A stretch of DNA of 64,000 bases from Gemmatales bacterium (lineage in GTDB: Bacteria > Planctomycetota > Planctomycetia > Gemmatales > HRBIN36), in NCBI GenBank assembly GCA_041640595.1, contig JBEPZY010000001.1, positions 384,001-448,000 on the forward strand, read 5' to 3'. Under the pieces are notes generated by a model, which was not told where the DNA came from, searched no databases, and was given only the letters and a program-made list of their open reading frames with translations. Positions 9,289 through 19,485 of this stretch are shown one piece after another (the stretch's first letter is position 1; each line of letters starts with the position of its first letter). A program made the translations under genes and the position numbers.

Positions 9289-10944
9289 ATGGCCATTATT
9301 ACCATCAATGGTCGCGATATAGAGTTTGGCGAGCAGGAAAGCCTAAACTTGATCCAGGCAGCGCAACGAGCCGGTATAGAAATTCCGCATTACTGCTGGC
9401 ACCCTGCTCTCAGCGTGGTAGCAAGCTGCCGTATGTGTCTGGTTGAGGTAGGCGAGAAGCGCGCCGATGGTTCAGTAGCCATGCAGCCCCGCTTGGTGCC
9501 AGCTTGTCAAACACCAGCTCGCCACGGAACAGTCGTCATCACCAATAGTCCTAAGGTTAGGGCCGCGCAGGCTGCGACTTTAGAGTTCTTGCTACTTAAC
9601 CATCCCTTAGACTGCCCAGTGTGCGACCAGGCGGGCGAATGTTGGCTCCAGGATTACAGCTATAAATACGGCCGATCCCGCAGTCGCCTTCGCGATGAAA
9701 AACTCATTCGCCCCGACAAAGATTATATTGGCGAGCAAATTGTTCTTTTTACCGACCGTTGTATCATGTGTACCCGGTGTGTTCGCTTTACTCGCGAAAT
9801 AAGCGGCACGGCAGAATTGCAAGTTATCCGCCGGGGTGATCATGCCGAGATTGACGTATTCCCGGGCAAACCTTGCAATAACAAGCTCGCAGGCAACGTA
9901 GTGGACATATGCCCTGTCGGTGCCTTATGTAGCAAAGACTTCCTTTATAAGCAGCGAGTGTGGTTCCTCAAACAACAAAAATCGGTCTGCCCCCATTGCT
10001 CGACGGGTTGCAGCGTCTGGATTGACTGGAATAAGAACATCGTGTACCGCATTCGTCCCCGTTATAACCCTCAAGTGAACGGTCACTTCATTTGCGACGA
10101 TGGCCGTTTTGGTTACCACCACATTAATAGTAACGAAAGATTGCGTCTGCCAATGCAGCGGCAGGGTAGTGCCTGGGTGCCGACGAGTTGGCCGGAATGG
10201 AAACAAGCATTTTTAGCATATTTAGAGCGTATTTCTCGTCAAGATGGCGGCAATTCCTTGGCATTGATACTATCCCCTTGGCTGACACTGGAAGAAACCT
10301 GGTTGGCGATTCAGGTCGTGAAATCGTCATGTCCTGAGACCAGACTAATAATGGGGCCGGTTCGCGATTCTGGTGCAGACGATCTTTACCCGAAAGGTCC
10401 GCGTGGTGAGCCGCCTCTCCGCGAGCGTGCAAAGTTCATAATTCATGGAGAAAAAGCTCCGAACCGAAAAGGTGTTGAACTATTAATTCGGCATTTTCAG
10501 AACGAGACCTTAACATGGGATCAAGGCATGGATATGATTGCTAGTGGAACGGTCCGCGATGCAATTTTCATAGACGCGGATCCTATATATGATCTCTCCA
10601 ATGGTGAAATTAGAACTCTAGGTCAGCTTAATACGTTCATTGCTTGGTCTCTTTTCAAGAAAAATGGCTTGGACATTATCCCCCACTGGCTTATTCCCGC
10701 CACTAGCTTTGCTGAGAAGTCTGGAACGTATGTCAACTGTCAAGGTGTTGCGCAATCAGTGCGGCCTGCTATTACGCCTTATGCGAACATTTGGCCCGAA
10801 GCACGATTTTTTTGGGAAGTGCTGGGACGTGCCGGGCTGTTCCAACCTGCCTCAATTCGACGGGAAATGGCTACGGCTATTGCATCGCTTAAGCCCCTTG
10901 CCTGCGATGACCTTGGAGAATATGGAATACGTCTCGATATCTGA
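9289..10944 (+). CDS. nuoG: NADH-quinone oxidoreductase subunit G (short form)
   Basis: CWHP..SCRMC, HPLDCPVCDQAGEC, CIMCTRC, CPHCSTGC. Confidence 0.93.
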   Translation: MAIITINGRDIEFGEQESLNLIQAAQRAGIEIPHYCWHPALSVVASCRMCLVEVGEKRADGSVAMQPRLVPACQTPARHGTVVITNSPKVRAAQAATLEFLLLNHPLDCPVCDQAGECWLQDYSYKYGRSRSRLRDEKLIRPDKDYIGEQIVLFTDRCIMCTRCVRFTREISGTAELQVIRRGDHAEIDVFPGKPCNNKLAGNVVDICPVGALCSKDFLYKQRVWFLKQQKSVCPHCSTGCSVWIDWNKNIVYRIRPRYNPQVNGHFICDDGRFGYHHINSNERLRLPMQRQGSAWVPTSWPEWKQAFLAYLERISRQDGGNSLALILSPWLTLEETWLAIQVVKSSCPETRLIMGPVRDSGADDLYPKGPRGEPPLRERAKFIIHGEKAPNRKGVELLIRHFQNETLTWDQGMDMIASGTVRDAIFIDADPIYDLSNGEIRTLGQLNTFIAWSLFKKNGLDIIPHWLIPATSFAEKSGTYVNCQGVAQSVRPAITPYANIWPEARFFWEVLGRAGLFQPASIRREMATAIASLKPLACDDLGEYGIRLDI

Positions 10945-10968
10945 TCCCGCATATTAAGGAAGAACAGG

Positions 10969-12093
10969 ATGAACTGGGCAACTGTAGCATTGATTATTTT
11001 TGTCCTCAGCTTCTTACAAGCAACCTGTGCGTATCTTATCTATTTAGAGCGCAAGGTGGCAGCATGGGTGCAGGATCGTAAAGGCCCTAATCGAGTCGGC
11101 CCATGGGGGCTTTTCCAACCTATTGCGGATGGGCTAAAGTTTTTGTTCAAAGAACAAGTGGTGCCAGGCCATGTGAATTTGGTTCTATACTTCGTTGCCC
11201 CGAGCATTGCAGTGGTAACTACTAGTCTTGCTTTTGCAGTGGTACCCTTCGGCCCAACAGACGTACCAGACCAGGCAGGATTGCGATATGTCATTGCGCC
11301 CAATATTGATATCGGTTTGCTCTTTATCTTTGCCATTAGTAGTCTCAATGTCTATGCGATCATTTTGGGGGGGTGGTCATCTAACAATAAGTATAGCCTG
11401 TTAGGAGCATTGCGTTCAAGTGCTCAAATTATTAGTTACGAGATCCCGCTGGCCCTAACAGCCCTGGGAGTTATCTGCCTGGCTGGAACCCTGAACCTAG
11501 AGAAGATTCTTAATATGCAAGCACAGGCTGGCCTGCGAGGCTGGTTTATTTGGTATCAACCCCTTGGTTGGTTGCTATTTTTTGTCTGTGCTTTGGCGGA
11601 AAGCAATCGCCTGCCTTTTGACCTGCCTGAGGCAGAGCAGGAACTAGTCGGCGGTTACCACACGGAGTACAGCGGCTTGAAATTTGCCCTATTCTTCTTG
11701 GGCGAATATACACATGTGATAACTGTTAGCTTTCTGCTTTCCATCCTGTACTTCGGTGGATGGCATTTCCCCGGTATCGCAGAGTACGACGTTCGTTATC
11801 CAGGGGCTGTGCTTGTTAAGGTGTTAGTGCTTTGGATCAAGGCGGCAATCTTCATACTTCTAATCATGTTAGTTCGCTGGACATTGCCGCGCTTTCGTTT
11901 CGACCAATTGATGCACCTGGCCTGGTTGGGCCTTACTCCTTTGGCCCTACTTAACCTGCTTACGGTTATTCTCGTTCAACACTTTGAGCTAGATTACTGG
12001 TTATTGCCCGTCTTCGCTGTGGCCGTTTTAGTTGGCTTCGCTCTTCTCATATCCCGTGAGGTCACAAAAGTACCAGCTACGAGTGAGGTGTAA
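10969..12093 (+). CDS. nuoH: NADH-quinone oxidoreductase subunit H
   Basis: ERKVAAWVQDRKGPNRVGP and NRLPFDLPEAEQELVGGYHTEYS. Confidence 0.97.
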   Translation: MNWATVALIIFVLSFLQATCAYLIYLERKVAAWVQDRKGPNRVGPWGLFQPIADGLKFLFKEQVVPGHVNLVLYFVAPSIAVVTTSLAFAVVPFGPTDVPDQAGLRYVIAPNIDIGLLFIFAISSLNVYAIILGGWSSNNKYSLLGALRSSAQIISYEIPLALTALGVICLAGTLNLEKILNMQAQAGLRGWFIWYQPLGWLLFFVCALAESNRLPFDLPEAEQELVGGYHTEYSGLKFALFFLGEYTHVITVSFLLSILYFGGWHFPGIAEYDVRYPGAVLVKVLVLWIKAAIFILLIMLVRWTLPRFRFDQLMHLAWLGLTPLALLNLLTVILVQHFELDYWLLPVFAVAVLVGFALLISREVTKVPATSEV

Positions 12094-12094
12094 A

Positions 12095-12685
12095 ATGCCC
12101 ATCGCCAAGTCTGAAATCAAATGGGTAGATGAACGTCCAATGAGGGCCTGGGAAGCGATGTACTTGCCAGCCATTTTGGAAGGTCTAAGGACAACCGTGC
12201 GACACATGTTTGCACCGAAAATCACTTTAGAATTTCCTGAGCAAAAGCCTCAGCTGCCTCCACACTACAAAGGTGTGCACCGCCTTAATCGCGACGAGCA
12301 GGGGCGCGTACGCTGTGTTGCTTGTTATCTATGCGCAACTGCTTGCCCTGCTCACTGTATAGACATCGTAGCTGCTCCCTCTCCATGGCCCGACAGAGAA
12401 AAGTATCCCGAGGTCTTCGTAATTGATGAGCTACGATGTATTTATTGTGGCATGTGTGAAGAAGCTTGTCCAGTGGATGCTATTGAGCTTACCACACTTT
12501 ATGATTTGACTGGTTACTCCCGTGAGGAAATGCTTTTTGACAAGGAGAAACTATTAGCAATCTATGACTATACGGTGAGCAAAGGAACGGAAACGATTAG
12601 GACTACGCGGGGCTCGCTTGGGCCTGCTTCGGAAATCATAGCCCAGGACCACACGATTTCGGCATTCTCGGATGATCGGCTCTAG
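12095..12685 (+). CDS. nuoI: NADH-quinone oxidoreductase subunit I
   Basis: CVACYLCATACP and CIYCGMCEEACP; start set at MPIAK. Confidence 0.97.
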   Translation: MPIAKSEIKWVDERPMRAWEAMYLPAILEGLRTTVRHMFAPKITLEFPEQKPQLPPHYKGVHRLNRDEQGRVRCVACYLCATACPAHCIDIVAAPSPWPDREKYPEVFVIDELRCIYCGMCEEACPVDAIELTTLYDLTGYSREEMLFDKEKLLAIYDYTVSKGTETIRTTRGSLGPASEIIAQDHTISAFSDDRL

Positions 12686-12724
12686 GCTGTACCGGGGGAA
12701 ATGGGCAACAGGGTGTAGCTTACT

Positions 12725-13816
12725 ATGCCAGTGCAGGAAACGCTACGTCATCCATTCTGGCTAACCACGGCTTTTATCCTATTGGCATTTCTAGGGCTAT
12801 ATTGGAGTCTAACATCCACTAGGCGCAAAGGAATGATTCTAGGTTTGTCGCTCGCATTGGTAGGGCTAGGCGTACAGGGCATGTTTCTACTCTGGGTCAC
12901 AACTGGGCTGCCCTGGGTCGATGTTGGCACGCTTATCTTTGCTGGACTAGCCTGCGGTGCAGCTTTTCTAATCATCGCTGTTCGAGATCCTCTTTACGCT
13001 GCTTTAAGTTTCGCCGTTTGCATCGTAGCCATAAGCGGCCTATTCCTGGTCTACTCAGCCGAGTTTGTAATGGCGGCGACCATTATCATATATACGGGGG
13101 CGATAGTAGTGACTTTTCTGTTCGTAGTTATGTTGGCAAGGCAAGCTGACCATTCTACCTATGATTTTGTTCCGCGGGAGCCTGTACTAGCATGTATTGG
13201 CGGGTTTCTTCTTTCGACTGGCCTCGGAATGCCCCTTTTTCAAATGGCGGCTGGGGGCAACTTACAATACAAAATTGACGGTATAGAGTCTGCGAACGGG
13301 AAAATTGCGGAACGGGAATTGGGCAAGCTGACGAAACAAGCCTTGCGCTCATTGCAGCCTATCAAACATGCAATCCGGGAAACTTTGCCAAAAGAGAAAA
13401 TTATTCGCCTTTTGATGGATGGCACCGCTGATATTCCGTCCCTCATGGATGTGATGGATAAGATCATCGGACGAGAATGGGTGAGAAACGGCTTTCTGCA
13501 ACGAAAACTGAAGGAGCTAAGGGCTGCTTACGACCAATTGGCCGGCACGCTTGCGCTAGAACCTGTGGACTACGATAAATGTGAAAGCCTGGTTTCGGCA
13601 TTAGAGCACCTGATAAATAATCTGAATGAGACAATAACTGGCCACTATGTTCTAACAAAAACCGACGTTAGATCGTCAACGCGTGGCATAGGCCAGGCCT
13701 TGTATAGCTACTTTTCCGTGCCGATCCAGTTAGCGGGTTGGCTTCTATTACTTGCGACTGTGGGAACATACTTAATAGGCGCGTCAGGGCAGCAACTTGC
13801 GACTAGGAGAGGATAG
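12725..13816 (+). CDS. nuoJ: NADH-quinone oxidoreductase subunit J, enlarged
   Basis: AEFVMAATIIIYTGAIVVTFLFVVML core and IGQALYSYFSVPIQLAG last helix; position between nuoI and nuoK. Confidence 0.9.
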   Translation: MPVQETLRHPFWLTTAFILLAFLGLYWSLTSTRRKGMILGLSLALVGLGVQGMFLLWVTTGLPWVDVGTLIFAGLACGAAFLIIAVRDPLYAALSFAVCIVAISGLFLVYSAEFVMAATIIIYTGAIVVTFLFVVMLARQADHSTYDFVPREPVLACIGGFLLSTGLGMPLFQMAAGGNLQYKIDGIESANGKIAERELGKLTKQALRSLQPIKHAIRETLPKEKIIRLLMDGTADIPSLMDVMDKIIGREWVRNGFLQRKLKELRAAYDQLAGTLALEPVDYDKCESLVSALEHLINNLNETITGHYVLTKTDVRSSTRGIGQALYSYFSVPIQLAGWLLLLATVGTYLIGASGQQLATRRG

Positions 13817-13817
13817 C

Positions 13818-14177
13818 GTGTACGCTTTAGGATTATGGTCTTCGATAATCTTATTCGTGGCCGGAGTCCTGGGATTTATTGTGCGGAGGAACGCTATTGT
13901 AATGGTCCTGTGTGCAGAGTTGGCTATACAGGGTGCCACCCTCAACTTTATTGCTGGGTCAGCCAAACATCAGGATTACGGGGGACAGATTTTCGCTATT
14001 TTCATAATCACGATTGCCGCTTGCGAAGCAGCACTTGCGCTCATGCTGATATTGCAAATGTACAAGCGTAAAAATACGCTAGACATTTCGGTGTGGTCGG
14101 AACTAGGAGAAGAGCCTTATTTCGGAGAGGAACAGAGTTCGAGGCACATGCCAATTCTCCGTAAACCGGATAACTAA
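13818..14177 (+). CDS. nuoK: NADH-quinone oxidoreductase subunit K
   Basis: RRNAIVMVLCAEL and GQIFAIFIITIAACEAALAL; GTG start after AGGAGG. Confidence 0.95.
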   Translation: MYALGLWSSIILFVAGVLGFIVRRNAIVMVLCAELAIQGATLNFIAGSAKHQDYGGQIFAIFIITIAACEAALALMLILQMYKRKNTLDISVWSELGEEPYFGEEQSSRHMPILRKPDN

Positions 14178-14240
14178 TACGCCCTCGGAAACAAACAGAC
14201 GAATACAAGGGCTTGCTGCCAAACACTGTCGGGATTTTTT

Positions 14241-16208
14241 ATGCTTGCTGTGGAACAGGGATTGGTCTGGAATATAAATCACATCGGGTACTGGTTAATT
14301 CCTTTGGGGCCGCTATGTGGCCTACTGGTGTGCGCTGGGCTTGCATTTAGCAGTCAGCTTAGCGTTCGTCGGCTCGCGCACTGGCCATGCGTGCTGGGTG
14401 TTCTTGTCGCGTTTCTTGGCTCTATCATGGCTGTGCTCAATGTACTGCGTGAACCTCAGCATATAGCTATCTTTCCAATTTATACGTGGATTGCTACGGA
14501 CGGTTTTCGTATAGGGGTGAATTTATATTACGATTCATTGTCTTGTGTAATGGTTTGCCTGGTTAGTTCAGTCAGCTTATTGGTGGCTGTCTATTCAACT
14601 GGCTACATGAAAGATGACGAGGGATATGGCCGATATTTCACAGTCATGTCACTTTTCGTGTTTAGCATGGTCATGCTGGTTTTGTCGGATAACTATTTGA
14701 CAATGTATATGTTCTGGGAGGGAGTGGGACTATGCAGCTACTTGCTTATTGGCCATTGGTATGAACGCCCCGCTGCTAGTGCAGCTGCACTAAAAGCCTT
14801 CTTAGTTAATCGAGTTGGTGACCTGGCTTTCATGCTGGCGATATTGCTGATCTGGATAAACTGCGGAACCCTGCAATTAGTTGGTGTCTGGGTAGCGGCG
14901 GCTGGATTAGCTTGGCCTACAACCGTGCTTATATGTTTGCTTTTGTTAGGCGGGGCGAGCGCTAAATCAGCTCAGTTTCCTCTTCATGTGTGGTTGCCGG
15001 ACGCTATGGAGGGGCCAACCCCTGTAAGTGCGCTGATTCACGCAGCCACCATGGTAACTGCTGGCGTGTATCTTTTGGCACGAAGTTCGTTTCTGTTAGC
15101 CGGTGCGCCAGAAGCCCAGGTTGTGGTTATGGTCATTGGCATAACTACCGCCCTACTGGCCGCTCTCATGGCGATTACTCAGTACGACCTAAAAAGAGTG
15201 CTCGCTTATTCGACGATAAGCCAGTTAGGATTAATGTTTACCAGTCTTGGTGTAGCTGGTTACTCCGAGCAGATTTTGCCGGTAGCTGCCTCAGCAGCAA
15301 TTTTTCACCTGTGTATGCACGGATTTTTCAAGGCCCTTCTCTTCCTATCGGCCGGCAATATTATGCACGCGACGCATGGCATTATTGATATGCGTTTGTT
15401 AGGCGGCTTAAGGCGAAGCCTTCCGTATACCCATGCTTGCTTTGCGATAGGAGGGCTTGGCCTTGCAGCGATACCACCTTTGGCGGGATTTTGGAGTAAA
15501 GAAGCGATACTTGAAGCCATGGTTTTCGCTGCTCAGAAAACGCAGCATTGGGGAATTTGGTCGGTGATAAGCTGCTATTACCTCACTGGTTTGTTGACGG
15601 CTTTTTACATCACGCGGGCTTATGTACTGACATTTTGGGGTGAAATAAAACTGGATACCGAAACAGCTCAACACGTCCATGAACCATCTAAGATTATGGC
15701 GGCTCCGGTCCTGCTGCTCGCCCTGGCCACTCTAGTGTTAGGCGTTGTCCTTGGGCCGACAGGCCTGTTTCAGAAATTCCTGCATCTGTCAGAACCATTT
15801 GGTCCGGTAATTGGTAATCACCACAGTTCTATAGCGTGGATATTAGTGAGCATTGCAGTGGCATTGTCCGGGGCAGTGTTCGCTGCATACACATATGGGT
15901 CGGCTCCTGGTCTGCGTACGAAACTGGTAAGGTGGCTGGGCGTGGTTTATATCCTTAGCGCCGGCAGGTTTTTTATTGATGAATTCTACCGCTTCGCTAT
16001 AGTTAAGCCTAGCCAGCTATTAGCTGCGATTGCTGAATGGTTAGATAAACTTATAGATGGATTGATAGACCTAACTGGCTGGCTGGTGTGGTCAATGGGA
16101 CGCTTATTGCGGCCCATGCAAAATGGCCAAGTGCAGTTTTACGCGCTTGCCATGTTGCTGGGCTTGGTTGTTTTCTGCCTAGTGCTGGTCAGCAAATGGG
16201 GTGGATGA
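14241..16208 (+). CDS. nuoL: NADH-quinone oxidoreductase subunit L
   Basis: WEGVGLCSYLLIG and KSAQFPLHVWLPDAMEGPTPVSALIHAATMV. Confidence 0.97.
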   Translation: MLAVEQGLVWNINHIGYWLIPLGPLCGLLVCAGLAFSSQLSVRRLAHWPCVLGVLVAFLGSIMAVLNVLREPQHIAIFPIYTWIATDGFRIGVNLYYDSLSCVMVCLVSSVSLLVAVYSTGYMKDDEGYGRYFTVMSLFVFSMVMLVLSDNYLTMYMFWEGVGLCSYLLIGHWYERPAASAAALKAFLVNRVGDLAFMLAILLIWINCGTLQLVGVWVAAAGLAWPTTVLICLLLLGGASAKSAQFPLHVWLPDAMEGPTPVSALIHAATMVTAGVYLLARSSFLLAGAPEAQVVVMVIGITTALLAALMAITQYDLKRVLAYSTISQLGLMFTSLGVAGYSEQILPVAASAAIFHLCMHGFFKALLFLSAGNIMHATHGIIDMRLLGGLRRSLPYTHACFAIGGLGLAAIPPLAGFWSKEAILEAMVFAAQKTQHWGIWSVISCYYLTGLLTAFYITRAYVLTFWGEIKLDTETAQHVHEPSKIMAAPVLLLALATLVLGVVLGPTGLFQKFLHLSEPFGPVIGNHHSSIAWILVSIAVALSGAVFAAYTYGSAPGLRTKLVRWLGVVYILSAGRFFIDEFYRFAIVKPSQLLAAIAEWLDKLIDGLIDLTGWLVWSMGRLLRPMQNGQVQFYALAMLLGLVVFCLVLVSKWGG

Positions 16209-17880
16209 AATGATAGATCGAGTCATTGCATTGTGGATGTCGGAGTCCCCGAATTTACTTGAAATTTTTATGTGGATGACCCTATTAGCTCCTCTAATTG
16301 CATGCGTAGCGGTCGTGATAACGGGTGAAAGAAGAAGTGCTTTGATTCCCTGGGTCTCTCTATTCTTCGCCCTGATAACCTTTGTCGGTGCCTGCGGCAT
16401 GTTCGTGACCTATAGGGTTTTGATCGAACATAGGCTCTGGTCGAAGCAGCAATCAGCATCGCCTATATTGCTTTTTGAGCAAGACCTGCTTAAACTTGGG
16501 TCAGAGGCCAATTTTCTACATTTCCGGTGCTTGTTCGGGGTAGATGGTATTAGCGTGGCCCTGATATGGTTAGTTTCGGTATTGGGAGTAAGTAGCATCT
16601 TGATTTCAATGAAGACAATACGTAACAGGATCGTGGAATACTATGCATTGGTGCTCGTCATGCTGACTGCGTGTGTCGGGTTTTTTCTCTCGTTCGATTT
16701 ACTCCTCTTCTATTTGTTCTTCGAGTTTACGTTGCTTCCAATGTTTTTCCTTATCGGTATCTGGGGTGGGCCGGAAAGAAGGTATGCGGCAGGTAAGTTT
16801 TTCATATACACGTTCGTTGGAAGCTTGATTGGTTTGGTGGCGTTGCTGGCATTTGTAGTGCAAGTCCACAGCCTCGCCAAAGAGCTGCATTTAGGTATGG
16901 AATTTCGACAGGGTAGTTGCTCCCTTGTTGACCTAGCTGCCATTAGTAGGGATATCACTCACCAAAGCCTACGTGATGCTGCGGTTCTGACTAAATGGAG
17001 CGGTTTGCAAATCTGGGTGTTCTGGGGTTTGTTTCTGGCCTTTGCCATCAAGGTGCCTTTGGTGCCGTTGCACACCTGGCTGCCTTTGGCTCACGTGGAG
17101 GCGCCTACTGCGGGAAGTGTTTTTTTAGCAGGAATCCTTTTGAAGCTCGGTACCTATGGCTTTCTCAGGGTTTGCCTGCCTCTTTTGCCAACAGCGACAT
17201 TGCAATACGGAACCACCGTAATACCTATATTAGCCTTGGTGGGCATAATTTACGGTTCATTTTGCGCTGCCGGTCAGATAGATATTAAGCGACTGATTGC
17301 GTATAGCTCTATCGCGCACATGGGCTTTTGTATGCTAGGGATGATGTCACTCAACACTACCGGCTTGTCTGGCAGCGTGTTGGAAATGGTCAATCACGGC
17401 TTATCTACCGGGGGACTATTTTTGTTGGTCGGCATGTTATACGATCGTTATCATTCGCGTCTAATGGGACAGTTTGGTGGGCTGGCAAAAAGGCTGCCGA
17501 TATGGGCGTTCTTTCTAATATGGCTAAGCATGGCGAGCATTGCCTTGCCCGGACTGAATGGTTTTATTAGCGAGACTTTGTGCTTAGCCGGAATGTTTCG
17601 CGTTTCACCTATGTATGCGGTTCTGGGAGCAGTGGGTATTATCCTTGGCGCCTGGTATATGTTGGAGATGATACGTAAGGTTGTGTTCGGACCACTGCGA
17701 GAGCCAGAGCAGCCACACGATGAGGCTGAGGCAGTGCAGGACTTGAACATGTACGAGTGGTTAGCCATCGCTCTACCGGCTATACTTTGCTTAGTACTCG
17801 GTTTATATCCGAAGGCGATTTTTGATATTATCCGGCCCGATGTGCAGGCGCTTGCGTCCCTTTTCGAATCTCTTCGCTAG
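16201..17880 (+). CDS. nuoM: NADH-quinone oxidoreductase subunit M
   Basis: KVPLVPLHTWLPLAHVEAPTAGS and KRLIAYSSIAHMG. Confidence 0.97.
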   Translation: MDEMIDRVIALWMSESPNLLEIFMWMTLLAPLIACVAVVITGERRSALIPWVSLFFALITFVGACGMFVTYRVLIEHRLWSKQQSASPILLFEQDLLKLGSEANFLHFRCLFGVDGISVALIWLVSVLGVSSILISMKTIRNRIVEYYALVLVMLTACVGFFLSFDLLLFYLFFEFTLLPMFFLIGIWGGPERRYAAGKFFIYTFVGSLIGLVALLAFVVQVHSLAKELHLGMEFRQGSCSLVDLAAISRDITHQSLRDAAVLTKWSGLQIWVFWGLFLAFAIKVPLVPLHTWLPLAHVEAPTAGSVFLAGILLKLGTYGFLRVCLPLLPTATLQYGTTVIPILALVGIIYGSFCAAGQIDIKRLIAYSSIAHMGFCMLGMMSLNTTGLSGSVLEMVNHGLSTGGLFLLVGMLYDRYHSRLMGQFGGLAKRLPIWAFFLIWLSMASIALPGLNGFISETLCLAGMFRVSPMYAVLGAVGIILGAWYMLEMIRKVVFGPLREPEQPHDEAEAVQDLNMYEWLAIALPAILCLVLGLYPKAIFDIIRPDVQALASLFESLR

Positions 17881-17894
17881 GGAGGGCAGCAACA

Positions 17895-19403
17895 GTGCAA
17901 TCTGTTTATCAAACATTCACAGAAAACTGGATAATCATTTTGCCGGAATTGCTGCTACTTGGCGTGGCAGCCTTGAGCGTGCTAGGTGGCTTATGGGTCA
18001 GGTCGAGGGATGTTTGGGCAGTTATCTGCCTAACGGGGCTAATTGTCGGCATGCTGATACTGGTTACAAAAATTCCATCGCAATGGCCCTCGCAGTGGAT
18101 ACCCTCAGCAAGCTTGTTCATGACTGATGAGCTGAGAGTGGTATTGAGAGGATTTAGTTTTTTTACGGGCATGGTTTTATTGCTTCTGTGTTGGACGCAG
18201 GCCAGACAGGATTACTCGCCGGAGTTTTATGCCTGTTTACTAGGGGCAATTGCAGGGATAGGGATGGCTATTGCTGCTTATGACTTGGTCGCGCTATTCC
18301 TGGCATTAGAAACAGTAAGTATCCCTACCTATATTGGGCTCTATATCTTACGTCGTGACAACCCCGGCCTGGAAGCAACTGTGAAGTACTTTCTTTTGAG
18401 CATTTTCTCTTCGGGTATCTTTCTCTTCGGAACCAGTTTGCTTTACTTTGAAGCTGGTAGCACCAATTACTTGCGAATTCAGTTAGCTCTGGCACAAGGG
18501 GCTGACGCTTCGACCCTAATACTGAGTGGCGTTTTGGTCATAGCCGGGTTGAGTTTCAGGCTTGCAGCGGTGCCGTTTCATTTTTATGCACCTGATGTAT
18601 TTGTTGGTACTCATCCGGCGGGAGCTGCTTTCCTGGCTGTTGTGCCTAAGATCGTCGGTGTTATCAGCATAATGCAGTTGCTAACGGAAATCTATAGCAG
18701 CGCAGCGAAAGTCTCACCAGCTGAAGTCAGTGTGCTTCAGGTTTTATTGGTGGCTTTAGGAATTCTGGCTGCGGCCAGCATGGTGCTGGGTAATATAGCT
18801 GGTTTACTACAGACTGAACTGTACCGGCTGCTCGCCTATTCGAGTATTGCTCACGCAGGCTATATGTTAGTGGGTCTGGCGGCGGGAAGCGATGGCACTC
18901 CGGTATCTGGTTACCAAGCAGTCGTTTTTTACCTGGGAACTTACCTTCTTATGACAATTGGTACCTTCGCAGGCCTGTTGTGTGTCAGACAGGATGGGAA
19001 GCTGCTGGCTTACATTGACGAGCTGTCGGGATTGGCTCAGGTGAGACCGGGATTGGCGTTATTGTTAGCGGTGGGCCTGTTTAGTTTGGTCGGCTTACCG
19101 CCTACAGCAGGTTTCTGGGGCAAAGTGAATTTGTTCTTAGCAACCTGGTATGCTCCAGGAGGTCGGAGTTTGTTACGTTTTCTGGCCGTTTTTTTAGCAA
19201 TCAATGCCGCTGTAGGGGCCTGGTATTATTTGCGGGTGATCGGAATTATGTACCTGCGACAGCCGATTAAACCGTTTGACAAGGTGAATGACTGGCCAGC
19301 TTTGCTCGCCTGCTCGGTGTGTACAGTATTGACGGTGGTGTTATTTTTCGTGCCTGGCTTGTGGTGGAAGCCTATCGAAAACGCTTTCGGCATGATTCGC
19401 TGA
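17895..19403 (+). CDS. nuoN: NADH-quinone oxidoreductase subunit N
   Basis: EATVKYF, VPFHFYAPDVF, RLLAYSSIAHAGY, GLPPTAGFWGK. Confidence 0.97.
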   Translation: MQSVYQTFTENWIIILPELLLLGVAALSVLGGLWVRSRDVWAVICLTGLIVGMLILVTKIPSQWPSQWIPSASLFMTDELRVVLRGFSFFTGMVLLLLCWTQARQDYSPEFYACLLGAIAGIGMAIAAYDLVALFLALETVSIPTYIGLYILRRDNPGLEATVKYFLLSIFSSGIFLFGTSLLYFEAGSTNYLRIQLALAQGADASTLILSGVLVIAGLSFRLAAVPFHFYAPDVFVGTHPAGAAFLAVVPKIVGVISIMQLLTEIYSSAAKVSPAEVSVLQVLLVALGILAAASMVLGNIAGLLQTELYRLLAYSSIAHAGYMLVGLAAGSDGTPVSGYQAVVFYLGTYLLMTIGTFAGLLCVRQDGKLLAYIDELSGLAQVRPGLALLLAVGLFSLVGLPPTAGFWGKVNLFLATWYAPGGRSLLRFLAVFLAINAAVGAWYYLRVIGIMYLRQPIKPFDKVNDWPALLACSVCTVLTVVLFFVPGLWWKPIENAFGMIR

Positions 19404-19485
19404 TCGGATGGAATTAATGTAGTCAGGCGGAGGGCTGATGGACGGATAGCGAATTTTGGACCAACCTTTGTTAGTCGGGCTGGAA

